This document shows positions 1 through 9,890 of a stretch of DNA of 64,000 bases, in pieces. Position numbers and translations under genes: made by a program. The notes beneath the pieces were generated by a model, which ran no database searches, had not been told where the DNA came from, and saw nothing but the letters and a program-made list of their open reading frames with translations. The DNA lies in the IMG/VR virus record IMGVR_UViG_3300021387_001106, positions 34,633-98,632 of that record; one strand, written 5' to 3'. How positions within the stretch are numbered: the stretch's first letter is position 1; every line of letters starts with the position of its first letter. The DNA is from a virus. Its lineage: Duplodnaviria; Caudoviricetes.

Positions 1-15
1 TTCAAAGGAGGGCTT

Positions 16-342
16 ATGACGGATAAGATTTGGGCACAGGCGGTTCGCCGTTTCAACGGCATTATGATGAACATTGGCTACGAACACAACACCATCGGCA
101 CCTGCTTCTCGGAGGACACTGATGACTGGAACCTGAGGGATCTGGTCGCGGAGGCCGACTACACGCTTAGCACCTACTACGAGAACGGGCACGTAAACGC
201 GGATATGCGGTACGGAGAGCCCGACGAGAGAAAGATGTGGCGGTCGGAGACCGGCAGGCTGAAGCGCTTCATCGAGAAGTTTGAGCCCTACATCGGGGAC
301 CTGAAATGCGCGATGGGACATTGCAGCGCTTACGACAACTGA
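16..342 (+). CDS. hypothetical phage protein
   Basis: AAGGAGG RBS, ATG, 108 aa, in a dense + strand run of genes. Confidence 0.75.
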   Translation: MTDKIWAQAVRRFNGIMMNIGYEHNTIGTCFSEDTDDWNLRDLVAEADYTLSTYYENGHVNADMRYGEPDERKMWRSETGRLKRFIEKFEPYIGDLKCAMGHCSAYDN

Positions 343-374
343 GGCAGGTTCAACAAAGGAAAGGGGGATATAAG

Positions 375-527
375 ATGCTCTACGTAGAGATTGAGTCCGT
401 GTACGGCGGAACGACTACCGGGCTGGTGAGCAGGGAGCTCTGGTTCGACTATCTGATGGATGCTCTGGAGGGCGATGTGACTGTGGAGCATTACAGTGTG
501 AGCGAATGGACGGGGGACGCGAGATGA
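375..527 (+). CDS. small hypothetical protein
   Basis: AAGGGGG RBS before ATG 375; 50 aa. Confidence 0.55.
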   Translation: MLYVEIESVYGGTTTGLVSRELWFDYLMDALEGDVTVEHYSVSEWTGDAR

Positions 528-541
528 TGCGGCGCTCCAAA

Positions 542-569
542 TTGACACTACATGTTCGCATGTTACTAT
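542..569 (+). promoter_or_regulatory. sigma70-type promoter (TTGACA-N16-TACTAT, extended -10)
   Basis: Intergenic; TG precedes the -10; same geometry as other promoters in the window. Confidence 0.6.
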
Positions 570-622
570 AATTATGCAAGGGGGTTACCAAACGACAAGC
601 GCAGAAACCGGAGGGAAAAAAG

Positions 623-805
623 ATGACGAACAATGAGCACTGGATCTATCTTGAAAAGCTCCGCCGCAGCGGAGAAACAAACATGTTCGGGGCAGTCCCC
701 TATCTTCAGGCGGAGTTCGGAATGGGCCGCAAGGAAGCAACGGACGTCCTTCTGGACTGGATGAAGAACTACAACCGGTCCGATTACGAAGGACTGGAGG
801 ACTGA
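623..805 (+). CDS. small conserved phage protein
   Basis: GGAGG RBS; LEKLRRSGETNMFGAVPYL motif typical of small phage early proteins. Confidence 0.7.
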   Translation: MTNNEHWIYLEKLRRSGETNMFGAVPYLQAEFGMGRKEATDVLLDWMKNYNRSDYEGLED

Positions 806-840
806 CCGGCAACAGGCCGGGAAAATGAAAGGGGGTACCT

Positions 841-1158
841 ATGGAGCTCAAGACCAGATACGCAACCTATAAGGACTGCTACCTGACCATCGACCGCTAT
901 GTAGCGGATAAGTCGCCCGCTATCCAGATTTGGAACGCAGAGGACGGGCCGATCGCCAAACTGACCGTTTGCCTTGACGCGAAGGAACTCGGGCTGAAGC
1001 CCAACGAGTCCTTCGTTGACGTGAACAACCTGCCTGAAGCAATCGACTTCATCCGCGAGTACAAGCTCGGAGAGCTCACGGAGTTCGCGGCGTGGAGCGG
1101 CTTCTGCCGGTTCCCGCTGGTCGCCTTCAACATGGACGAGATCGATAAGTACAAGTGA
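841..1158 (+). CDS. DUF4313-like protein
   Basis: RBS; LTVCL...ESFVDVNN...SGFCRFP pattern recognised by eye. Confidence 0.6.
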   Translation: MELKTRYATYKDCYLTIDRYVADKSPAIQIWNAEDGPIAKLTVCLDAKELGLKPNESFVDVNNLPEAIDFIREYKLGELTEFAAWSGFCRFPLVAFNMDEIDKYK

Positions 1159-1187
1159 AAAGGGATTCGCACGCAAGGGGGTGAGAT

Positions 1188-1562
1188 ATGGGATACGAAA
1201 GCAGACTCTACGTCGTGAATAAACATGACTGGGGAATCGGAAAATCCCTTGGCGAAAACAAGGTATGGGGAGAGGTCATCGCGACCTTCAACCTCTGCGT
1301 GGTGCCCGATGTCGCGGCTGCAATGAAGGCGTATCCTGCCACAAACGCCTACTTCTATCTTGACGGCGGTGGCGGGGAGCGGGTGCTTGAGGACAACTAT
1401 GGGGAACCGCTTGCGGAAATTCCGATTGCCGATGCAGTCGGCATCCTCGAAAAAGCGGCTGCGAATGAGGACTACAGACGCTTCGCACCGTGTATCCAGA
1501 TGCTGAAAGGTTTTTCCCCTGAACAGTGGGATGACCTGGTCGTCCTGCACTACGGATACTGA
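1188..1562 (+). CDS. hypothetical protein
   Basis: RBS GGGGGTGA, 124 aa. Confidence 0.7.
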   Translation: MGYESRLYVVNKHDWGIGKSLGENKVWGEVIATFNLCVVPDVAAAMKAYPATNAYFYLDGGGGERVLEDNYGEPLAEIPIADAVGILEKAAANEDYRRFAPCIQMLKGFSPEQWDDLVVLHYGY

Positions 1563-1590
1563 TTCAGAGAACAGAGTGGGGGTGGAACGG

Positions 1591-1827
1591 ATGAACGAAT
1601 GGGTGGTTTTGCACTTTTTGGCCGATGAAAGGCCGGTATCTATCCGTAAGGATGCTGTCACCATGTTCTACGAATACGTCGAACAGTATTATCACGATGA
1701 GTTCAGAGAACCTGAGGTGAAGGGAACATGCCTTATTGTAAAGGGCGCATATGAACAGGTGGTCGTGCGTGAGCCTTATGCGGTAGTGCGGAAGATGCTG
1801 GGTATGGATGGCTCGTGCTTTCCGTGA
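1591..1827 (+). CDS. hypothetical protein
   Basis: GGGGGTGG RBS before ATG 1591. Confidence 0.6.
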   Translation: MNEWVVLHFLADERPVSIRKDAVTMFYEYVEQYYHDEFREPEVKGTCLIVKGAYEQVVVREPYAVVRKMLGMDGSCFP

Positions 1828-1848
1828 TGAAGGACTGAGAGGTGATAT

Positions 1849-2112
1849 ATGGGGATTGAAGGGCTTTCGGAACTTCAGCAGAAGAAGCTCCGATGTAACT
1901 ACAATGCTTTCAAGGCAAATTTCGGGGAAGTGGACATTATCAAAAACCCATGCAGATCTGGCGGGCTGTTGATCTACTATCCGCCCGGGAGTGACAGTTT
2001 TATCCAGTCCTGCGAGAATGCCGACTATGCAAACGGCTGGCTCTATGGGGCGGTACAAGGGAACATCGTCAGGTCAAGGGCATTGATACAAGAAGCGGAG
2101 AAGGGTGCATGA
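1849..2112 (+). CDS. hypothetical protein
   Basis: GAGGTGA RBS, 87 aa. Confidence 0.65.
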   Translation: MGIEGLSELQQKKLRCNYNAFKANFGEVDIIKNPCRSGGLLIYYPPGSDSFIQSCENADYANGWLYGAVQGNIVRSRALIQEAEKGA

Positions 2113-2133
2113 CACAGAAGGATTCAGGGGGGA

Positions 2134-2622
2134 ATGGACATGGAAAAGGAAAAAGAAAAAGAAGTAAGCATCTCTTATGGGGATGGGAATCTGGTGGATG
2201 TTTACCGCTATGGGCACAATAAATATTCTGCTTTCTTCCATGACGACAACCATTGTGTCTATGGGGATTACATGGACGTCGCAAGGGCGGTCGCCAAATA
2301 CGGGGAGAAGGGGTCAGGGGCTGCCGGCCAAACTGACAGTATACCTGTGGAAGATGAAGAGAACCACGCGATGTGTTCCTGCGGCAATTACATGAACCTT
2401 TGGACGACCGGCGGTGATTATGACGTGTTCATAATGCTCCATGAGGCTGAGCCTCAGGAAAATTTCGACAAAATCATCGAACACGAAGTGGATGAAACAT
2501 GCCGAAAGGTCATGCGGAACACGAAGCTCAGCACGGAAGAAAAGAAATCGTTGGTCGAGACTATTTTTGCGGCATATACAGATTTTGGCGTCGAGGTCAT
2601 GATCGTTGAAAAGAACAGGTGA
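2134..2622 (+). CDS. hypothetical protein
   Basis: G-rich RBS, 162 aa. Confidence 0.65.
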   Translation: MDMEKEKEKEVSISYGDGNLVDVYRYGHNKYSAFFHDDNHCVYGDYMDVARAVAKYGEKGSGAAGQTDSIPVEDEENHAMCSCGNYMNLWTTGGDYDVFIMLHEAEPQENFDKIIEHEVDETCRKVMRNTKLSTEEKKSLVETIFAAYTDFGVEVMIVEKNR

Positions 2623-2642
2623 CAAAAAGAAGGGGGAATAAG

Positions 2643-3044
2643 ATGGGGAAGAAGATTGATGCTATTGTTGTTCGGCCTATGGAAAAGCCGAGGTTCATGA
2701 AGGTCGACGCCTCACTGGACGGGTACTACAAGACGATCGGATGCGACTGTATTCAGGCGGTCTATCCGTTCGAAGACCCGGTAGCGGTCATCTGTGATGA
2801 TGAGGGCAAATTCCGCCAGATGCCGAACAGGGCACTGAAGATGGATGGCAAGATTTACGATGTCCTGTTCGGAACCTTTATCATTTGCGGCGTCGGGGGC
2901 TCTGACTTTTGCAGTCTCCCTGCTGAGCTCAAGGACAAGTACATGAAGATGTTCGCCTCACCAGAGATGTACATGAAGAACGTTGATGGCCGGGTGCTCA
3001 GGATCGTCATGGACGGCTCCGAACCGACAATGGTCATCGCATAA
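2643..3044 (+). CDS. DUF3846-like protein
   Basis: VVRP...IQAVYPFEDPVAVICDDEGK...PNRAL...GTFIICG motif. Confidence 0.7.
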   Translation: MGKKIDAIVVRPMEKPRFMKVDASLDGYYKTIGCDCIQAVYPFEDPVAVICDDEGKFRQMPNRALKMDGKIYDVLFGTFIICGVGGSDFCSLPAELKDKYMKMFASPEMYMKNVDGRVLRIVMDGSEPTMVIA

Positions 3045-3375
3045 CAACGCTGCGGAAAGGCAGGGCATTACGCCTTGCCTTTTCTTTTGCCGCGAACCAT
3101 ATGTCATGTATTTCGATATAGGCAAAGGCACCGTTCATGGAATCATACCGGCCACGCTGCTCGTGGAACGGGACGTTGCGGGAATGCCGGTGCCTCAACC
3201 TACAGCGGCTGTTGCCGTAATCGGTCATGATGACCCACTCATGACCCGTGGTGAAGCTCTGTAATGTGACGTCATGACAATTCGCGGAAAGGATTTTGAA
3301 TCTGCCATCTGTAAGCTCTGTGAGCAAAGATAAATCATGCCTACTGAACACGGTCCGTCCTCCTGAGTCAGCCAT
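3034..3375 (-). CDS. hypothetical protein (only plausible minus-strand gene)
   Basis: Fills an otherwise non-coding gap; GAGG upstream; converges on the hairpin at 3053-3088. Confidence 0.45.
   Translation of the reverse strand: MADSGGRTVFSRHDLSLLTELTDGRFKILSANCHDVTLQSFTTGHEWVIMTDYGNSRCRLRHRHSRNVPFHEQRGRYDSMNGAFAYIEIHDIWFAAKEKARRNALPFRSVVMR
3053..3088 (+). terminator. intrinsic terminator
   Basis: aaaggcagggc-atta-cgccttgcctttt hairpin plus T run. Confidence 0.6.
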
Positions 3376-3686
3376 CGGTTACCTCGTAATTATACACGCC
3401 ACAAGGCGATGGTAAAACTGGTTCCGGTAATCGGACATTATCTGCACGAAAAAGCGGTTATCGGCCAAAAGAGTGTCGGCCATTATCACTTACCCTGCGG
3501 GGCACGTACAAAAGGCGAGCTAAGAGCGAATCAGCACACACATACATACTATATATCCCCGGGGACGCTAAAAACGCGTCTCAGGGGATTTTTGTTGTGG
3601 CGAGAACACGGTCGAAGGCCGCTCAACGGACATGGAACAGAATGATGGTACAGCCCTCGATATAGCTAAAAGAATGTGAATACGAA

Positions 3687-3768
3687 TATGTAATTATGAA
3701 TATTCTGTTAAACTATGCGAATATACATTGATATAGGCGGCCCGTATGGTACAATATAATTACAGGGG
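3687..3768 (+). promoter_or_regulatory. repeated ~80-bp promoter block, copy 1
   Basis: TTGATA-N16-TACAAT with extended TG; near-identical to 6172-6253. Confidence 0.7.
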
Positions 3769-3869
3769 GATACCAATTACACACACCACCCACCAGAGTC
3801 GCCGGTCGGCGCTTGGCAGGATTGCGGGTGCTGGACGAGCCGAGTGGAGAGCCAAAAAGGAGGGCTGAT

Positions 3870-4196
3870 ATGAGATTCAACAAGAGCAAGCTGATGAGCA
3901 ACGCTTGGCTGATCTTCCGCAAGGAAAAGGGCATCTCTTTTGGCGAGGCCCTTCACAGAGCATGGCTTTCCGCGAAAGCTGAGCCGGTGAACGCCCGTCG
4001 CATCGCAGATGCGAAAGCGGCTGCGGGGGTGGCCGAGGAAGTTAAGACCTGGTACGGCTGGAAGATGGCCGGTTTCATGGTCCGCCACGGTTCCAAGAAC
4101 CTCTTCCAGGTTGAGCTGATCCATGGAAGCAAGGGAGACGGTAAGACCTACAAGGCTTCCTTCTTCGGAAAGTCTCAGGTCGAGGCAATCGCCTGA
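3870..4196 (+). CDS. ArdC-like ssDNA-binding motif protein
   Basis: AAGGAGG RBS; KTWYGWKMAGFMVRHGSK resembles the ArdC N-terminal motif. Confidence 0.5.
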   Translation: MRFNKSKLMSNAWLIFRKEKGISFGEALHRAWLSAKAEPVNARRIADAKAAAGVAEEVKTWYGWKMAGFMVRHGSKNLFQVELIHGSKGDGKTYKASFFGKSQVEAIA

Positions 4197-4217
4197 CAGG
4201 CGGGAAAGGGGTGCGGT

Positions 4218-4418
4218 ATGGTGACTGTTAAGAGGACGGTTACGAAGGAGATCTACGACGAGCTCAAGGCTCTCGAACCGGTGAAGAGGAAAGAAGCCTT
4301 CGAGAAGTATCTGGACATCTGCATCCTTTGCGGATACGGGTACTACGGCTTCTACGGGCCGTTCGAGGAGGGCGGCACCTACTTCGTCGAGTACGTTCGT
4401 GGGAGCACCTGCGACTGA
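4218..4418 (+). CDS. hypothetical protein
   Basis: RBS, 66 aa. Confidence 0.6.
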   Translation: MVTVKRTVTKEIYDELKALEPVKRKEAFEKYLDICILCGYGYYGFYGPFEEGGTYFVEYVRGSTCD

Positions 4419-4474
4419 CGGTTGTTCGGGACATGCCCCGCCGGTCGGGCCAAAGGCCGGCAAAGGAGCGACTT

Positions 4475-4786
4475 GTGGAAAGGAAGTACACGATAAAGGA
4501 GTACAAGCTGCTCAAAGAAGTTATTGAATCGGAGCGGACGAGCAAGTGGTTCATTCTCTACTGGGTTCGCTACAAAGGGCAACCCATGCACGCCTATTTC
4601 TGCAAGAATGATTCCGGTATGTATGTGGTGCTCGGAAAGACGAGGTATGGAAAACCTTCAAAGGGACTGGACATTCGATGGGCTTCCACTTGCTATGTTG
4701 ACGTCTATTACCGGCGGAATTTCCTGAGCGCGGAAGATGGGAACCGCTTTTACAAGAGGCTGAAAGATACCAAGGAGCTTGGATAG
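4475..4786 (+). CDS. hypothetical basic protein
   Basis: AAGGAG RBS before GTG 4475. Confidence 0.6.
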   Translation: MERKYTIKEYKLLKEVIESERTSKWFILYWVRYKGQPMHAYFCKNDSGMYVVLGKTRYGKPSKGLDIRWASTCYVDVYYRRNFLSAEDGNRFYKRLKDTKELG

Positions 4787-4826
4787 GGACAACGTGGTTG
4801 CCAGTTGTTTGTACAGGGGGTATGCG

Positions 4827-5102
4827 ATGAACCTTACCACTGGGTATGTGGCCGGTCTTGTGGATGGCCTCAGGAAGAAGGGCGATGTCGTTAAGATGCT
4901 GAAGGAAAACGACATCCGGTTTGAGGACGTTTCGGCGGATTCCGGGTATGACAACATCCGTATCCCGACCAATGACGGCGGATACATTAGGGTGTACCGG
5001 GGCAAAAGAACCGACCAGTTCAAGGTGCAGAAATTCGAGATGGTCGAGTTCAAATGGTCTGGCATCCCGACGTTTGAGCCGAGCGGGCGGCGGAGCTTCT
5101 GA
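4827..5102 (+). CDS. hypothetical protein
   Basis: AGGGGG RBS before ATG 4827. Confidence 0.6.
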   Translation: MNLTTGYVAGLVDGLRKKGDVVKMLKENDIRFEDVSADSGYDNIRIPTNDGGYIRVYRGKRTDQFKVQKFEMVEFKWSGIPTFEPSGRRSF

Positions 5103-5196
5103 CGGACCTGCCGCCGTACACAGAATGATTGACCCGGGCGGGACACGTAAGACTTGCCCGGGTGTTCGACATTATCACTCACGAAAGGGGACGCAC

Positions 5197-5577
5197 ATGA
5201 TGATGGCAAGGGAGAAGGCTGTTGAGATGCTTGTGTACAATGGCATCTTTGATTACGGGGACATAGGAACGCCGGCCATGGAGTTCTACATCAGGGACAT
5301 AATGGAATCGGGAGATGACTGCATCTGGGACATCGACCGTCATGCCTACCTGAACACGCTGTTTGGCTATGAGATAGGGCGCAGGGCGGCGATGCTGATC
5401 GACCACTGGCTCTGGTGCAGCAAAGACGAGGACGGTGAGGTCAGGGACATCGAAACATTGGAGCTTACCTACAGGGATAAAGACCTGATACAGCGGTGCG
5501 TTGAGGAGCAGGGACTCGGCCTCTCATTTGAGAAGTGGAGAACGACAGACGTGATGGTCTATGAGTATTATCAATAA
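5197..5577 (+). CDS. hypothetical protein
   Basis: AAGGGG RBS before ATG 5197. Confidence 0.65.
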   Translation: MMMAREKAVEMLVYNGIFDYGDIGTPAMEFYIRDIMESGDDCIWDIDRHAYLNTLFGYEIGRRAAMLIDHWLWCSKDEDGEVRDIETLELTYRDKDLIQRCVEEQGLGLSFEKWRTTDVMVYEYYQ

Positions 5578-5598
5578 GACCGTTGGCGACGTATGAAA

Positions 5599-5626
5599 TT
5601 GACCATGCACACACATGTGTGAAAAT
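5599..5626 (+). promoter_or_regulatory. TTGACCATGCA-family promoter
   Basis: TTGACC-N16-GAAAAT with TG extension. Confidence 0.5.
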
Positions 5627-5691
5627 ATACATAGGAGATACCAGACGGGAATAATTGATGCCGGCAGGAAACCGGCGAAAGGGGATAGCGC

Positions 5692-6111
5692 ATGTACAAG
5701 GTTTGGATACGCCTCTACGAGGGCGATAAGCTGATAGCGTCCGCCACATCCATAGAGGAGTTCGGAAACAAGCAGGACGCCGAACGGTGGGTAAGGAAGA
5801 TATACACCAGTCCGCCTGACGGCGGCTATGAGTTCAGATGGGCGGTAAGTGAGACCGACCCGGGCCCGTTGGACGAGGTGCCTGAGCAATATGAGGTCGA
5901 GGTCACCTGTGAGGTCACGGCCCGCAGGAGCTACTCCATGACCATCAGCAGAAGTGATTACGAGATGCTGCTGGAAGGGGATACTTCTCCTATCGAGGGC
6001 ATGTTTGATGAGACCATCCGTGACTCCATCGGAACCGGCGACTATGAGAAGGACTTCACGGTCTTTAACATCGACACTGGGAAACAAGTTGTGGACTGGA
6101 ACTGGAAGTGA
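5692..6111 (+). CDS. hypothetical acidic protein
   Basis: RBS, 139 aa. Confidence 0.65.
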   Translation: MYKVWIRLYEGDKLIASATSIEEFGNKQDAERWVRKIYTSPPDGGYEFRWAVSETDPGPLDEVPEQYEVEVTCEVTARRSYSMTISRSDYEMLLEGDTSPIEGMFDETIRDSIGTGDYEKDFTVFNIDTGKQVVDWNWK

Positions 6112-6171
6112 TGGACAGGGAAACGGGCGTACCTGATTGGTTGAATCTCTCTGGAAAGATTCAAATAAGCA

Positions 6172-6253
6172 TATGTATAATATGAAATAATTGTTAAACT
6201 ATGCAGTAATACATTGATATAGCCGCTCTGTTTGATACAATATAATTACAGGG
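6172..6253 (+). promoter_or_regulatory. repeated ~80-bp promoter block, copy 2
   Basis: TTGATA-N16-TACAAT; shares tgttaaactatgc and tacaatataattacaggg with copy 1. Confidence 0.7.
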
Positions 6254-6285
6254 ACACCTACACACACATCTGGAAAGGGGGCGCA

Positions 6286-7464
6286 ATGAGGTACGCGATC
6301 TTTGAGGGAAACATGGAACGGCTCACCAAGAAGATGACCCGTATCCAGAACAAGTGCAAAAAGTACGGGTGCTCCTTCACCTTCAACGAGGTCGGTGAGG
6401 AGTTCCGCGAGCTTACGGATGAGGACGGTCGGAACTACACGGCCCGCTTCGTCCTTGTGGAAGCTGAGGGCATTGCCCGCGTGAACGGATGGCAGTTCGT
6501 TGCCTCTGTCGAGCACACGGAGAAGGGCAACATCCTCAACAAGGCGACCGAGGTGGAAGTGCCCGAACGCTACTACACCGGGGCTCCCTACTGCGAGCAC
6601 TGCGGCAACAGGAACCTGAAGTACACGTTCATTATCCACAACGAGGAGACCGGCGAGTTCAAGCAGGTCGGACGCAACTGCCTGTGCGACTTCACCCACG
6701 GCATGAGCGCCGAGGGCATCGCGCAGTACATGTCCGCCTTCGACGAGCTTATCGTTGGCGAGGCTCCGATGCCCGGGTGCAGCATCGAAAGGTACTACGG
6801 CACGGAAGAGTATCTCAGATACGCGTGGGAGACCATCCGCCACTTCGGATATGTGAAGACCGCGAACAGAGAGGACCGGCCTACACGTGACCGTGCCCTT
6901 GCCTACTACGAGGTGGAGCACGGTGGATACAGGGGCATGATGGCAGAAGCCGGCAGAAAGTACAGCAGGGAGATGAAGGCGGTCGGCTTCGACGCCAAGA
7001 GCCCTGAGGCCGTTGACATGACGGCAAAAGCCCTTGAATGGCTCGATGCTCAGCCTGAGGACAACAACTACATGCACAACCTGAAAGTCGCCTGTGCGCT
7101 TGAGTACGTGACATGGAAGAATCTGGGCATCCTTGCAAGCCTGTTCCCTACCTTCAACAGGGAGCTGGAACGCGAGGCGGAGCGCCGCCGCAGAGAGGAG
7201 AACGCAAAGAAGTCCGAATGGGTCGGTGAGGTCGGCAAGCGCATCGAACTGAAGCCGGTCGAGGTGATCTGCGTGACCGGTTGGGAGACCCAGTGGGGTT
7301 ACACCTGCATCTACAGGATTACGGATGAGGCCGGTAATGTCTTCACTTGGAAGACCGCGAAGGACATTGCTGAGGACGTGAAGAAGATTAAGGGAACGGT
7401 GAAGGCTCACAACGAGTACAGGGGGACGAAGCAGACCGAGCTGACCAGATGTGAGTGTGCCTGA
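6286..7464 (+). CDS. conserved phage protein with CxxC motif and OB-fold-like C-terminus
   Basis: RBS; CEHC...VGRNC; C-terminal GNVFTWKT...IKGTVKAH...TELTR. Confidence 0.7.
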   Translation: MRYAIFEGNMERLTKKMTRIQNKCKKYGCSFTFNEVGEEFRELTDEDGRNYTARFVLVEAEGIARVNGWQFVASVEHTEKGNILNKATEVEVPERYYTGAPYCEHCGNRNLKYTFIIHNEETGEFKQVGRNCLCDFTHGMSAEGIAQYMSAFDELIVGEAPMPGCSIERYYGTEEYLRYAWETIRHFGYVKTANREDRPTRDRALAYYEVEHGGYRGMMAEAGRKYSREMKAVGFDAKSPEAVDMTAKALEWLDAQPEDNNYMHNLKVACALEYVTWKNLGILASLFPTFNRELEREAERRRREENAKKSEWVGEVGKRIELKPVEVICVTGWETQWGYTCIYRITDEAGNVFTWKTAKDIAEDVKKIKGTVKAHNEYRGTKQTELTRCECA

Positions 7465-7480
7465 ATAAGGGGGTGATGGC

Positions 7481-7503
7481 AAGGGGCCTTCGGGCCCCTA
7501 TTT
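7481..7503 (+). terminator. intrinsic terminator
   Basis: ggggcc-ttcg-ggcccc hairpin. Confidence 0.6.
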
Positions 7504-7597
7504 GCCCGCTAAGACGTTTTCAGCACCCATACCCATACATATATACCTATCGGTAAGTAAAAAGAGCGTAGAGGGCGTTTTAGAAGGAGGTAAAAAG

Positions 7598-7990
7598 ATG
7601 AGACTGGATAAGACGGAGGTAGAGGACAACATTTTCATTGCGGGCTGGTATGACATGGACGATGCTGTTGCAAGGGACGGTGAGCTCTATGTAGCGATCG
7701 ACGAGACATGCTTTCTGGAGGGAGAGGCCGACAAGGTCATGAAGGCCAACGGGGCACTTCCATTTTTCGACTACAGCGGGGAGTATGACCCGGATGGATG
7801 GTACGACATGTATCTGCTCTGCGGCGAAGACTCGGTGAAAGCTCTGGTATTCAGGCCGCAGGAAACAAAGCAGGAGCTGGAAGAGGAATACGAGATACCT
7901 ACAGACCCGGTAACGAGGGCGGCCATGTTTGACCGAATCGAATCTCTTTTCGGTGCGGAGAGATGGCAGAAAATCTTTGGACGGGGGTGA
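7598..7990 (+). CDS. hypothetical acidic protein
   Basis: AAGGAGGT RBS. Confidence 0.65.
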   Translation: MRLDKTEVEDNIFIAGWYDMDDAVARDGELYVAIDETCFLEGEADKVMKANGALPFFDYSGEYDPDGWYDMYLLCGEDSVKALVFRPQETKQELEEEYEIPTDPVTRAAMFDRIESLFGAERWQKIFGRG

Positions 7991-8268
7991 TGTTTTCCTA
8001 TAAGTTCCTTTTGGTTCCTTGCATGTCCATTTTTGAAAGTGGTATAAGGTAAGCTGTCGGAAAATGAAAGGGAATGAGGTCCTGAAACATGTTCTGGTAA
8101 AGATGACATATCCGATGCAGATATATATTCGGAAGAGCATAAATGCTGTGAATCAAAGCCGTTATAAATATGCGCTTATGAATACTTTTACTTGCAATTC
8201 GAACGTGTATTTGGTATAATAATAATACAGGGAAACACTTCTTTTTGATTGATTGCAGGAGGTGCAGA

Positions 8269-8631
8269 ATGGCAAGATTCACAACCTTTACGGCTGAGGA
8301 ACTGGAAGAGCTTCGCAGATTCGACGAAGAGGTCGACGCTTCCGAACTCACTTATGAGGACTTCCTGCTGGAAGACCTCGTGGAAGACCTGCTCTTCCCG
8401 GAGCGGGTGGTAACTCGTAAGAAAAACGTGGAGCGGCGCAAAAGGGAGAATGCTTCCAAGACTCCCGAGGAGCTGAGCCGCAAGTACAAAGAGGACTACG
8501 CAAAGAGGGACAAGGAAGCCGAGCGCCAGAGGAAGCGCGAGTGGTACAAGCGCAACAAGGAGCGCGTGATGCTTCAGCAGAGGGACTACCGGATTAAGAC
8601 CGGCAGACAGAAAGCCGAAGCCACCTGCTGA
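8269..8631 (+). CDS. hypothetical protein with basic helical C-terminus
   Basis: AGGAGGTG RBS; own promoter TTGCAA-N17-TATAAT at 8192-8220. Confidence 0.65.
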   Translation: MARFTTFTAEELEELRRFDEEVDASELTYEDFLLEDLVEDLLFPERVVTRKKNVERRKRENASKTPEELSRKYKEDYAKRDKEAERQRKREWYKRNKERVMLQQRDYRIKTGRQKAEATC

Positions 8632-8639
8632 CGGGTGAG

Positions 8640-8667
8640 GGCACGGACCTGCGGGTCCGTGCTTTTT
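8640..8667 (+). terminator. intrinsic terminator
   Basis: gcacggacc-tgcg-ggtccgtgc plus TTTTT. Confidence 0.75.
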
Positions 8668-8669
8668 AA

Positions 8670-8697
8670 TTGACCATGCATACCACCGTTGTATAAT
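8670..8697 (+). promoter_or_regulatory. TTGACCATGCA-family promoter
   Basis: TTGACC-N16-TATAAT. Confidence 0.7.
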
Positions 8698-8738
8698 GAT
8701 TCAAGGGAACATTATCATCATACAGAGGGGAGGTTGCA

Positions 8739-9074
8739 ATGAGGATTTACGTAGAAAAGAACGCAAGGCTGGGTGAGGGCTACCATGTCCGTGTGATGGG
8801 TGATGAGGGCCAGACCGACCTGATCGACTTCCATCCATACACGCTCAGGAAGGCCGTCCTGATGGCGAAGAAGGCACTGGACATTATCAATCAGCGTGAG
8901 GGGGCGAACACCAAGCTCCGCCACGTTCTGGAGATTGACCAGAAGAGCGTCATCGACAACAGGGAGTTCGATGACCTGAGCTGGAACATCGCCTCTAAGA
9001 TTGATGCGGGGCAAGGCATCAGCTATGAGGACGGTATTGAGGACTGCTTAGATGATTCTGATAAAGGAACTTGA
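8739..9074 (+). CDS. hypothetical protein
   Basis: GGAGG RBS. Confidence 0.6.
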   Translation: MRIYVEKNARLGEGYHVRVMGDEGQTDLIDFHPYTLRKAVLMAKKALDIINQREGANTKLRHVLEIDQKSVIDNREFDDLSWNIASKIDAGQGISYEDGIEDCLDDSDKGT

Positions 9075-9879
9075 AGACCGGGGCTTTGTCAAAACGGGCA
9101 CGGGACTCAGATATGACAGCATTTCCATTCCGCTCAGCGGGGGACGTTTGAAGAGCACACGGGCAGACGCAAGTTCCCGCCTTGCTTTCGGGCTCTGCAA
9201 GAAGTACGGCATCGACCTTCCGAAGGGGGCTACGCCAAAAGATGCGTGGGCAGCCCTGAACGAGAAGACCGGCAAGACACCGCAGGACTTCTACAGCAGC
9301 AGTGGGGAGAAGGGCGCGGACAAGATCAGGTTCGGCAATATCGGTACGAAGAAATACGTCAAGGCGCTTGAAGCAGCGAAAAAGTCGCAGCCGCCAAAGG
9401 ACGCGTGGCGTGTGACTGGCATGTCGGAAAAGGAACTTAAAGAGTGGCATCCCGGTGCAAAGCTCCATGTCTCAGACGGTGGCAGTACGATCGCCGTCGA
9501 CAAGAGCGGTGACATCGTGGCCGTATGTGTCGGCAAGGGGGATGGAAAAAAGGGATTTATAGCGGGAAAGACACTTCTGGCCCATGCCGTTAAGAATGGC
9601 GGAACGAAGCTGGACAGCTACGAGGGCAACCACAAGTTCTACGTCAAGTGCGGGTTCGAGCCGGTAAGCTGGTGCAAGTGGGACCCGCAGTATGAAGACC
9701 TTGCGAAACAGCAGGGATGGGACCCGAAACGGGACAAAAAGGAGAGCATCATCTTCTACAGGTATGTGGGGCCGGGAAAGGTCAAGAATACGAGCCTGAA
9801 GAATTTCTGCAAGCAGACACCGGCGGCAAAGGATTATGATGCGGCCTACGAACTCAGGGATAAGGCGCTCGGGAAATAA
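9052..9879 (+). CDS. GNAT-like acetyltransferase domain protein with RxD-containing leader
   Basis: GKTLLAHAVKNGGTKLDSYEG..FYVKCGFEPV is GNAT-like; LRYDS and TRADA near the N-terminus. Confidence 0.6.
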   Translation: MILIKELEDRGFVKTGTGLRYDSISIPLSGGRLKSTRADASSRLAFGLCKKYGIDLPKGATPKDAWAALNEKTGKTPQDFYSSSGEKGADKIRFGNIGTKKYVKALEAAKKSQPPKDAWRVTGMSEKELKEWHPGAKLHVSDGGSTIAVDKSGDIVAVCVGKGDGKKGFIAGKTLLAHAVKNGGTKLDSYEGNHKFYVKCGFEPVSWCKWDPQYEDLAKQQGWDPKRDKKESIIFYRYVGPGKVKNTSLKNFCKQTPAAKDYDAAYELRDKALGK

Positions 9880-9890
9880 GGGGGAATGAT

